This document shows, piece by piece, positions 51,857-63,602 of a stretch of 64,000 nucleotides of DNA. Position 1 is the stretch's first letter; each line of letters begins with the position of its first letter. Where the stretch lies: the NCBI RefSeq assembly GCF_009914755.1, contig NC_060931.1; one strand, given 5' to 3'. The notes under the pieces were generated by a model, which was not told the origin of the DNA, searched no databases, and saw nothing but the letters and a program-made list of their open reading frames with translations. The position numbers and the translations under genes were made by a program. This DNA is from the human T2T-CHM13v2.0 reference genome, Homo sapiens.

Positions 51857-54800
51857 CATTCTCAGAAACTACTTTGTGATGTGTGCCTTCAACTCACAGA
51901 GTTTAACCTTTCTTTTCTTAGAGCAGTTTAGAAACACTCTGCTTGTTATGTCTGCAAGTGGGTATTTGGACCTGTTTGAGGCCTTCGTTGCAAACGGGGT
52001 TTCTTCCTTTAATGCTAGACTAAGAAGAGTTCTCAATAACTTTTTTCTGTTGTGTGTATTCAACTCACAGAGTTGAACCTTGCTTTAGAGAGAGCAGATT
52101 TGAAACACTCTTGCTATGGCATTTTCAGGTGGAGATTTCAAGCGATTTGAGGACAATTGCAGAAAAGGAAATATCTTCGTATAATAACCAGACAGAATCA
52201 TTCTCAGAAAGTGCTTTGTGATGTGTGCGTTGAACTCACAGAGTTTAACCTTTCTTTTCATAGAGGAGTTTGGAAACACACTGTTTGTAAAGTCTGCAAT
52301 TGGATATATGGACCTGTTTGAGGCCTTCGTTGGAAACGGGATTTCTTCATTGAATGCTAGACGGAAGAATTCTCAGTAAATTCTTTGTGTTGTGTGCATT
52401 CAACTCACAGAGTGGAACGTCCCTTTAGACAGAGCAGATTTGAAACACTCTTTTTGCGGAATTTGCAAGTGGAGATTTCTAGCCATTTGATGCCAACAGT
52501 AGAAAGGGAAATATCTTCAAATAAAAACCAGACAGAATCATTCTCAGAAATTTCTTTGTGATGTGTGCGTTCAACTCACATAGTTTAACCTTTCTTTTCA
52601 TAGAGCAGTTTGGAAACACTCTGTTTGTAAAGTCTGCAAGTGGATATATGGACCGCATTGAGGCCTTCGTTGGAAACGGGATTTCTTCATTTCATGCTAG
52701 ACAGAAGAATTCTCAGTAACTTCTTTGTGCTGTGTGTATTCAACTCACAGAGTGGAACGTCCCTTTGCACAGAGCAGATTTGAAACACTCTTTTTGTGGA
52801 ATTTGCAAGTGGAGATTTCAAGCGATTTGATGCCAACAGTAGAAAAGGAAATATCTTCAAATAAAAACTAGACAGAATCATTCTCAGAAACTACTTTCTG
52901 ATGTGTGCCTTCAACTCACAGAGTTTAACCTTTCTTTTCTTAGAGCAGTTTAGAAACACTCTGCTTGTTATGTCTGCAAGTGGATATTTGGACCTCTTTG
53001 AGGCCTTCGTTGCAAACGGGGTTTCTTCCTTTAATGCTAGACTAAGAAGAGTTCTCAGTAACTTTTTTGTGTTCTGTGTATTCAACTCACAGAGTTGAAC
53101 CTTGCTTTAGAGAGAGCAGATTTGAAACACTCTTGCTGTGGCATTTTCAGGTGGAGATTTCAAGCGATTTGAGGACAATTGCAGAAAAGGAAATATCTTC
53201 GTATAATAACCAGACAGAATCATTCTCAGAAAGTGTTTTGTGATGTGTGCGTTCAACTCACAGAGTTTAACCTTTCTTTTCATAGAGGAGTTTGGAAACA
53301 CACTGTTTGTAAAGTCTGCAAGTGGAAATATGGACCTGTTTGAGGCCTTCGTTCGAAAAGGGATTTATTCATTGAATGCTAGACGGAAGAATTCTCAGTA
53401 AATTCTTTGTGTTGTGTGCATTCAACTCACAGAGTGGAACGTCCCTTTAGACAGAGCAGATTTGAAACACTCTTTTTGCGGAATTTGCAAGTGGAGATTT
53501 CTAGCCATTTGATGCCAACAGTAGAAAGGGAAATATCTTCAAATAAAAACCAGACAGAATCATTCTCAGAAAATTCATTGTGATGTGTGCGTTCAACTCA
53601 CATACTTTAACCTTTCTTTTCATAGAGCAGTTTGGAAACACTCTGTTTGTAAAGTCTGCAAGTGGATATATGGACCGCATTGAGGCCTTCATTGGAAACG
53701 GGATTTCTTCATTTCATGCTAGACAGAAGAATTCTCACTAACTTCTTTGTGCTGTGTGTATTCAACTCACAGAGTGGAACGTCTCTTTACACAGAGCAGA
53801 TTTGAAACACTCTTTTTGTGGAATTTGCAAGTGGAGATTTCAAGCGATTTGATGCCAACAGTAGAAACGGAAATATCTGCAAATAAAAACTAGACAGAAT
53901 CATTCTCAGAAACTACTTTGTGATGTGTGCCTTCAACTCACAGAGTTTAACCTTTCTTTTCTTAGAGCAGTTTAGAAACACTCTGCTTGTTATGTCTGCA
54001 AGTGGGTATTTGGACCTGTTTGAGGCCTTCGTTGCAAACGGGGTTTCTTCCTTTAATGCTAGACTAAGAAGAGTTCTCAGTAACTTTTTTCTGTTGTGTG
54101 TATTCAACTCACAGAGTTGAACCTTGCTTTAGAGAGAGCAGATTTGAAACACTCTTGCTATGGCATTTTCAGGTGGAGATTTCAAGCGATTTGAGGACAA
54201 TTGCAGAAAAGGAAATATCTTCGTATAATAACCAGACAGAATCATTCTCAGAAAGTGCTTTGTGATGTGTGCGTTGAACTCACAGAGTTTAACCTTTCTT
54301 TTCATAGAGGAGTTTGGAAACACACTGTTTGTAAAGTCTGCAATTGGATATATGGACCTGTTTGAGGCCTTCGTTGGAAACGGGATTTCTTCATTGAATG
54401 CTAGACGGAAGAATTCTCAGTAAATTCTTTGTGTTGTGTGCATTCAACTCACAGAGTGGAACGTCCCTTTAGACAGAGCAGATTTGAAACACTCTTTTTG
54501 CGGAATTTGCAAGTGGAGATTTCTAGCCATTTGATGCCAACAGTAGAAAGGGAAATATCTTCAAATAAAAACCAGACAGAATCATTCTCAGAAATTTCTT
54601 TGTGATGTGTGCGTTCAACTCACATAGTTTAACCTTTCTTTTCATAGAGCAGTTTGGAAACACTCTGTTTGTAAAGTCTGCAAGTGGATATATGGACCGC
54701 ATTGAGGCCTTCGTTGGAAACGGGATTTCTTCATTTCATGCTAGACAGAAGAATTCTCAGTAACTTCTTTGTGCTGTGTGTATTCAACTCACAGAGTGGA

Positions 54801-55944
54801 ACGTCCCTTTGCACAGAGCAGATTTGAAACACTCTTTTTGTGGAATTTGCAAGTGGAGATTTCAAGCGATTTGATGCCAACAGTAGAAAAGGAAATATCT
54901 TCAAATAAAAACTAGACAGAATCATTCTCAGAAACTACTTTCTGATGTGTGCCTTCAACTCACAGAGTTTAACCTTTCTTTTCTTAGAGCAGTTTAGAAA
55001 CACTCTGCTTGTTATGTCTGCAAGTGGATATTTGGACCTCTTTGAGGCCTTCGTTGCAAACGGGGTTTCTTCCTTTAATGCTAGACTAAGAAGAGTTCTC
55101 AGTAACTTTTTTGTGTTCTGTGTATTCAACTCACAGAGTTGAACCTTGCTTTAGAGAGAGCAGATTTGAAACACTCTTGCTGTGGCATTTTCAGGTGGAG
55201 ATTTCAAGCGATTTGAGGACAATTGCAGAAAAGGAAATATCTTCGTATAATAACCAGACAGAATCATTCTCAGAAAGTGTTTTGTGATGTGTGCGTTCAA
55301 CTCACAGAGTTTAACCTTTCTTTTCATAGAGGAGTTTGGAAACACACTGTTTGTAAAGTCTGCAAGTGGAAATATGGACCTGTTTGAGGCCTTCGTTCGA
55401 AAAGGGATTTATTCATTGAATGCTAGACGGAAGAATTCTCAGTAAATTCTTTGTGTTGTGTGCATTCAACTCACAGAGTGGAACGTCCCTTTAGACAGAG
55501 CAGATTTGAAACACTCTTTTTGCGGAATTTGCAAGTGGAGATTTCTAGCCATTTGATGCCAACAGTAGAAAGGGAAATATCTTCAAATAAAAACCAGACA
55601 GAATCATTCTCAGAAAATTCATTGTGATGTGTGCGTTCAACTCACATACTTTAACCTTTCTTTTCATAGAGCAGTTTGGAAACACTCTGTTTGTAAAGTC
55701 TGCAAGTGGATATATGGACCGCATTGAGGCCTTCATTGGAAACGGGATTTCTTCATTTCATGCTAGACAGAAGAATTCTCACTAACTTCTTTGTGCTGTG
55801 TGTATTCAACTCACAGAGTGGAACGTCTCTTTACACAGAGCAGATTTGAAACACTCTTTTTGTGGAATTTGCAAGTGGAGATTTCAAGCGATTTGATGCC
55901 AACAGTAGAAACGGAAATATCTGCAAATAAAAACTAGACAGAAT
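51857..55944 (+). repeat. Near-identical tandem duplication of a 2044-bp unit (two distinct 6-mers, 12-mer super-repeat)
   Basis: Private variants recur exactly 2044 bp apart: CTACTTTCTG, GTTCTGTGTA, AAGTGTTTTG, TTCGAAAAGGGATTTATT, GTAGAAACGG, CAGAAATTTC. Confidence 0.9.
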
Positions 55945-57473
55945 CATTCTCAGAAACTACTTTGTGATGTGTGCCTTCAACTCACAGAGTTTAACCTTTC
56001 TTTTCTTAGAGCAGTTTAGAAACACTCTGCTTGTTATGTCTGCAAGTGGGTATTTGGACCTGTTTGAGGCCTTCGTTGCAAACGGGGTTTCTTCCTTTAA
56101 TGCTAGACTAAGAAGAGTTCTCAGTAACTTTTTTCTGTTGTGTGTATTCAACTCACAGAGTTGAACCTTGCTTTAGAGAGAGCAGATTTGAAACACTCTT
56201 GCTATGGCATTTTCAGGTGGAGATTTCAAGCGATTTGAGGACAATTGCAGAAAAGGAAATATCTTCGTATAATAACCAGACAGAATCATTCTCAGAAAGT
56301 GCTTTGTGATGTGTGCGTTGAACTCACAGAGTTTAACCTTTCTTTTCATAGAGGAGTTTGGAAACACACTGTTTGTAAAGTCTGCAATTGGATATATGGA
56401 CCTGTTTGAGGCCTTCGTTGGAAACGGGATTTCTTCATTGAATGCTAGACGGAAGAATTCTCAGTAAATTCTTTGTGTTGTGTGCATTCAACTCACAGAG
56501 TGGAACGTCCCTTTAGACAGAGCAGATTTGAAACACTCTTTTTGCGGAATTTGCAAGTGGAGATTTCTAGCCATTTGATGCCAACAGTAGAAAGGGAAAT
56601 ATCTTCAAATAAAAACTAGACAGAATCATCCTCAGAAAATTCTTTGCGATGTGTGCGTTCAACTCACATACTTTAACGTTTCTTTTCATAGTGCAGTTTG
56701 GAAACACTCTGTTGGTAAAGTCTGCAAATGGATATATGGACCGCATTGAGGCCTTCGTTGGAAACGGGATTTCTTCATTTCATGCTAGACAGAAGAATTC
56801 TCAGTAACTTCTTTGTGCTGTGTGGATTCAACTCACAGAGTGGAACGTCCCTTTACACGGAGCAGATTTGAAACACTCTTTTTGTGGAAATTGCAATGGG
56901 ACATTTCAAGCGATTTGATGCCAACAGTAGAAAAGGAAATATCTGCAATAAAAACTAGACAGAATCATTCTCAGAAAGTGCTTTGTGATGTGTGCGTTCA
57001 ACTCACAGAGTGTAACCTTTCTTTTCATAGAGGAGTTTGGAAACACACTGTTTGTAAAGTCTGCAATTGGATATATGGACCTGTTTGAGGCCTTCGTTGG
57101 AAACGGGATTTCTTCATTGAATGCTAGACGGAAGAATTCTCAGTAAATTCTTTGTGTTGTGTGCATTCAACTCACAGAGTGGAACGTCCCTTTAGACAGA
57201 GCAGATTTGAAACACTCTTTTTGCGGAATTTGCAAGTGGAGATTTCTAGCCATTTGATGCCAACAGTAGAAAGGGAAATATCTTCAAATAAAAACCAGAC
57301 AGAATCATTCTCAGAAAATTCTTTGTGATGTGTGCGTTCAACTCACATAGTTTCACCTTTCTTTTCATAGAGCAGTTTGGAAACACTCTGTTTGTAAAGT
57401 CTGCAAGTGGATATATGGACCGCATTGAGGCCTTCGTTGGAAACGGGATTTTTCATTTCATGCTAGACAGAAG
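55945..57473 (+). repeat. 9-mer (odd) HOR variant, copy 2
   Basis: Register distance 1529 bp; same junction at 57505-57519, 7661 bp from copy 1. Confidence 0.88.
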
Positions 57474-58155
57474 AATTCTCAGTAACTTCTTTGTGCTGTG
57501 TGTATTCAACTCACAGAGTTTAACCTTTCTTTTCTTAGAGCAGTTTAGAAACACTCTGCTTGTTATGTCTGCAAGTGGATATTTGGACCTCTTTGAGGCC
57601 TTCGTTGCAAACGGGGTTTCTTCCTTTAATGCTAGACTAAGAAGAGTTCTCAGTAACTTTTTTGTGTTGTGTGTATTCAACTCACAGAGTTGAAACTTGC
57701 TTTAGAGAGAGCAGATTTGAAACATTCTTGCTGTGGCATTTTCAGGTGGAGATTTCAAGCGATTTGAGGACAATTGCAGAAAAGGAAATATCTTCGTATA
57801 ATAACCAGACAGAATCATTCTCAGAAAGTGCTTTGTGATGTGTGCGTTCAACTCACAGAGTTTAACCTTTCTTTTCATAGAGGAGTTTGGAAACACACTG
57901 TTTGTAAAGTCTGCAATTGGATATATGGACCTGTTTGTGGCCTTCGTTGGAAACGGGATTTTATCATATAATGCTAGACGGAAGAATTCTCAGTAAATTC
58001 TTTGTGTTGTGTGCATTCAACTCACCGAGTGGAACGTCCCTTTAGACAGAGCAGATTTGAAACAATCTTTTTGCGGAATTTGCAAGTGGAGATTTCTAGC
58101 CATTTGATGCCAACAGTAGAAAAGGAAATATCTGCAAATAAAAACTAGACAGAAT
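57474..58155 (+). repeat. 4-mer HOR variant (A-B, C dimer deleted)
   Basis: Register distance 682 bp; B monomer joined to a C-type tail (AAGGAAATATCTGC) at ~58100-58135. Confidence 0.85.
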
Positions 58156-59177
58156 CATTCTCAGAAACTACTTTGTGATGTGTGCCTTCAACTCACAGAG
58201 TTTAACCTTTCTTTTCTTAGAGCAGTTTAGAAACACTCTGCTTGTTATGTCTGCAAGTGGATATTTGGACCTGTTTGAGGCCTTCATTGCAAACGGGGTT
58301 TCTTCCTTTAATGCTAGACTAAGAAGAGTTCTCAGTAACTTTTTTGTGTTGTGTGTATTCAACTCACAGTGTTGAACCTTGCTTTAGAGAGACCAGATTT
58401 GAAACACTCTTGCTATGGCATTTTCAGGTGGAGATTTCAAGCGATTTGAGGACAATTGCAGAAAAGGAAATATCTTCGTATAATAACCAGACAGAATCAT
58501 TCTCAGAAAGTGCTTTGTGATGTGTGCGTTCAACTCACAGAGTTTAACCTTTCTTTTCATAGAGGAGTTTGGAAACACACTGTTTGTAAAGTCTGCAATT
58601 GGATATATGGACCTGTTTGAGGCCTTCGTTGGAAACGGGATTTCTTCATTGAATGCTAGACGGAAGAATTCTCAGTAAATTCTTTGTGTTGTGTGCATTC
58701 AACTCACAGAGTGGAACGTCCCTTTAGACAGAGCAGATTTGAAACACTCTTTTTGCGGAATTTGCAAGTGGAGATTTCTAGCCATTTGATGCCAACAGTA
58801 GAAAGGGAAATATCTTCAAATAAAAACCAGACAGAATCATTCTCAGAAAATTCTTTGTGATGTGTGCGTTCAACTCACATAGTTTAACCTTTCTTTTCAT
58901 AGAGCAGTTTGGAAACACTCTGTTTGTAAACTCTGCAAGTGGATATATGGACCGCATTGAGGCCTTCCTTGGAAACGGGATTTCTTCATTTCATGCTAGA
59001 CAGAAGAATTCTCAGTAACTTCTTTGTGCTGTGTGTATTCAACTCACAGAGTGGAACGTCCCTTTGCACAGAGCAGATTTGAAACACTCTTTTTGTGGAA
59101 GTTGCAAGTGGAGATTTCAAGCGATTTGATGCCAACAGTAGAAAAGGAAATATCTTCAAATAAAAACTAGACAGAAT

Positions 59178-60878
59178 CATTCTCAGAAACTACTTTGTGA
59201 TGTGTGCCTTCAACTCACAGAGTTTAACCTTTCTTTTCTTAGAGCAGTTTAGAAACACTCTGCTTGTTATGTCTGCAAGTGGATAATTGGACCTGTTTGA
59301 GGCCTTCATTGCAAACGGGGTTTCTTCCTTTAATGCTAGACTAAGAAGAGTTCTCAGTAACTTTTTTGTGTTGTGTGTATTCAACTCACAGTGTTGAACC
59401 TTGCTTTAGAGAGAGCAGATTTGAAACACTCTTGCTATGGCATTTTCAGGTGGAGATTTCAAGCGATTTGAGGACAATTGCAGAAAAGGAAATATCTTCG
59501 TATAATAACCAGACAGAATCATTCTCATAAAGTGCTTTGTGATGTGTGCGTTCAACTCACAGAGTTTAACCTTTCTTTTCATAGAGGAGTTTGGAAACAC
59601 ACTGTTTGTAAAGTCTGCAAGTGGATATATGGACCTGTTTGAGGCCTTCGTTGGAAACGGGATTTTATCATATAATGCTAGACGGAAGAATTCTCAGTAA
59701 ATTCTTTGTGTTGTGTGCATTCAACTCACAGAGTGCAACGTCCCTTTAGACAGAGCAGATTTGAAACACTCTTTTTGCGGAATTTGCAAGTGGAGATTTC
59801 TAGCCATTTGATGCCAACAGTAGAAAGGGAAATATCTTCAAATAAAAACTAGACAGAATCATCCTCAGAAAATTCTTTGTGATGTGTGCGTTCAACTCAC
59901 ATAGTTTAACCTTTCTTTTCATAGAGCAGTTTGGAAACACTCTGTTGGTAATGTCTGCAAGTGGATATATGGACCGCTTTGAGGCCTTCGTTGGAAACGG
60001 GATTTCTTCATTTCATGCTAGACAGAAGAATTCTCAGTAACTTCTTTGTGTTGTGTGTATTCAACTCACAGATTGGAACGTCCCTTTACACAGAGCAGAT
60101 TTGAAACACTCTTTTTGTGGAATTTGCAAGTGGAGATTTCAAGCGATTTGATGCCAACAGTAGAAAAGGAAATATCTGCAATACAAACTAGACAGAATCA
60201 TTCTCAGAAAGTGCTTTGTGATGTGTGCGTTCAACTCACAGAGTTTAACCTTTCTTTTCATAGAGGAGTTTGGAAACACACTGTTTGTAAAGTCTGCAAT
60301 TGCATATATGGACCTGTTTGAGGCCTTCGTTGGAAACGGGATTTCTTCATTGAATGCTAGACGGAAGAATTCTCAGTAAATTCTTTGTGTTGTGTGCATT
60401 CAACTCACAGAGTGGAACGTCCCTTTAGACAGAGCAGATTTGAAACACTCTTTTTGCGGAATTTGCAAGTGGAGATTTCTAGCCATTTGATGCCAACAGT
60501 AGAAAGGGAAATATCTTCAAATAAAAACCAGACAGAATCATTCTCAGAAAATTCTTTGTGATGTGTGCGTTCAACTCACATAGTTTAACCTTTCTTTTCA
60601 TAGAGCAGTTTGGAAACACTCTGTTTGTAAAGTCTGCAAGTGGATATATGGACCGCATTGAGGCCTTCGTTGGAAACGGGATTTCTTCATTTCATGCTAG
60701 ACAGAAGAATTCTCAGTAACTTCTTTGTGCTGTGTGTATTCAACTCACAGAGTGGAACGTCCCTTTGCACAGAGCAGATTTGAAACACTCTTTTTGTGGA
60801 AGTTGCAAGTGGAGATTTCAAGCGATTTGATGCCAACAGTAGAAAAGGAAATATCTTCAAATAAAAACTAGACAGAAT
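59178..60878 (+). repeat. 10-mer HOR variant (A-B2-C2-B1-C1)
   Basis: A-to-A distance 1701 bp. Confidence 0.88.
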
Positions 60879-61900
60879 CATTCTCAGAAACTACTTTGTG
60901 ATGTGTGCCTTCAACTCACAGAGTTTAACCTTTCTTTTCTTAGAGCAGTTTAGAAACACTCTGCTTGTTATGTCTGCAAGTGGATATTTGGACCTCTTTG
61001 AGGCCTTCGTTGCAAACGGGGTTTCTTCCTTTCATGCTAGACTAAGAAGAGTTCTCAGTAACTTTTTTGTGTTGTGTGTATTCAACTCACAGAGTTGAAC
61101 CTTGCTTTAGAGAGAGCAGATTTGAAACATTCTTACTGTGGCATTTTCAGGTGGAGATTTCAAGCGATTTGAGGACAATTGCAGAAAAGGAAATATCTTC
61201 GTATAATAACCAGACAGAATCATTCTCAGAAAGTGCTTTGTGATGTGTGCGTTCAACTCACAGAGTTTAACCTTTCTTTTCATAGAGGAGTTTGGAAACA
61301 CACTGTTTGTAAAGTCTGCAATTGGATATATGGACCTGTTTGAGGCCTTCGTTGGAAACGGGATTTCTTCATTGAATGCTAGACGGAAGAATTCTCAGTA
61401 AATTCTTTGTGTTGTGTGCATTCAACTCACAGAGTGGAACGTCCCTTTAGACAGAGCAGATTTGAAACACTCTTTTTGCGGAATTTGCAAGTGGAGATTT
61501 CTAGCCATTTGATGCCAACAGTAGAAAGGGAAATATCTTCAAATAAAAACCAGACAGAATCATTCTCAGAAAATTCTTTGTGATGTGTGCGTTCAACTCA
61601 CATAGTTTAACCTTCCTTTTCATAGAGCAGTTTGGAAACACTCTGTTGGTAATGTCTGCAAGTGGATATATGGACCGCTTTGAGGCCTTCGTTGGAAACG
61701 GGATTTCTTCATTTCATGCTAGACAGAAGAATTCTCAGTAACTTCTTTGTGCTGTGTGTATTCAACTCACAGAGTGGAACGTCCCTTTGCACAGAGCAGA
61801 TTTGAAACACTCTTTTTGTGGAAGTTGCAAGTGGAGATTTCAAGCGATTTGATGCCAACAGTAGAAAAGGAAATATCTTCAAATAAAAACTAGACAGAAT

Positions 61901-63602
61901 CATTCTCAGAAACTACTTTGTGATGTGTGCCTTCAACTCACAGAGTTTAACCTTTCTTTTCTTAGAGCAGTTTAGAAACACTCTGCTTGATATGTCTGCA
62001 AGTGGATATTTGGACCTCTTTGAGGCCTTCTTTGCAAACGGGGTTTCTTCCTTTAATGCTAGACTAAGAAGAGTTCTCAGTAACTTTTTTGTGTTGTGTG
62101 TATTCAACTCACAGAGTTGAACCTTGCTTTAGAGAGAGCAGATTTGAAACACTCTTGCTATGGCATTTTCAGGTGGAGATTTCAAGCGATTTGAGGACAA
62201 TTGCAGAAAAGGAAATATCTTCGTATAATAACCAGACAGAATCATTCTCAGAAAGTGCTTTGTGATGTGTGCGTTCAACTCACAGAGTTTAACCTTTCTT
62301 TTCATAGAGGAGTTTGGAAACACACTGTTTGTAAAGTCTGCAAGTGGATATATGGACCTGTTTGAGGCCTTCGTTGGAAACGGGATTTTATCATATAATG
62401 CTAGAGGGAGGAATTCTCAGTAAATTCTTAGTGTTGTGTGCATTCAACTCACAGAGTGGAACGTCCCTTTAGACAGAGCAGATTTGAAACACTCTTTTTG
62501 CGGAATTTGCAAGTGGAGACTTCTAGCCATTTGATGCCAACAGTAGAAAGGGAAATATCTTCAAATAAAAACTAGACAGAATCATCCTCAGAAAATTCTT
62601 TGTGATGTGTGCGTTCAACTCACATAGTTTAACCTTTCTTTTCATAGAGCAGTTTGGAAACACTCTGTTGGTAATGTCTGCAAGTGGATATATGGACCGC
62701 TTTGAGGCCTTCGTTGGAAACGGGATTTCTTCATTTCATGCTAGACAGAAGAATTCTCAGTAACTTCTTTGTGTTGTGTGTATTCAACTCACAGATTGGA
62801 ACGTCCCTTTACACAGAGCAGATTTGAAACACTCTTTTTGTGGAATTTGCAAGTGGAGATTTCAAGCGATTTGATGCCAACAGTAGAAAAGGAAATATCT
62901 GCAAATAAAAACTAGACAGAATCATTCTCAGAAAGTGCTTTGTGATGTGTGCGTTCAACTCACAGAGTTTAACCTTTCTTTTCACAGAGGAGTTTGGAAA
63001 CACACTGTTTGTAAAGTCTGCAATTGGATATATGGACCTGTTTGAGGCCTTCGTTGGAAACGGGATTTCTTCATTGAATGCTAGACGGAAGAATTCTCAG
63101 TAAATTCTTTGTGTTGTGTGCATTCAACTCACAGAGTGGAACGTCCCTTTAGACAGAGCAGATTTGAAACACTCTTTTTGCGGAATTTGCAATTGGAGAT
63201 TTCTAGCCATTTGATGCCAACAGTAGAAAGGGAAATATCTTCAAATAAAAACCAGACAGAATCATTCTCAGAAAATTCTTTGTGATGTGTGCGTTCAACT
63301 CACATAGTTTAACCTTTCTTTTCATAGAGCAGTTTGGAAACACTCTGTTGGTAATGTCTGCAAGTGGATATATGGACCGCTTTGAGGCCTTCGTTGGAAA
63401 CGGGATTTCTTCATTTCATGCTAGACAGAAGAATTCTCAGTAACTTCTTTGTGCTGTGTGTATTCAACTCACAGAGTGGAACGTCCCTTTGCACAGAGCA
63501 GATTTGAAACACTCTTTTTGTGGAATTTGCAAGTGGAGATTTCAAGCTATTTGATGCCAACAGTAGAAAAGGAAATATCTTCTAATAAAAACTAGACAGA
63601 AT
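61901..63602 (+). repeat. 10-mer HOR variant (A-B2-C2-B1-C)
   Basis: A-to-A distance 1702 bp. Confidence 0.88.
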
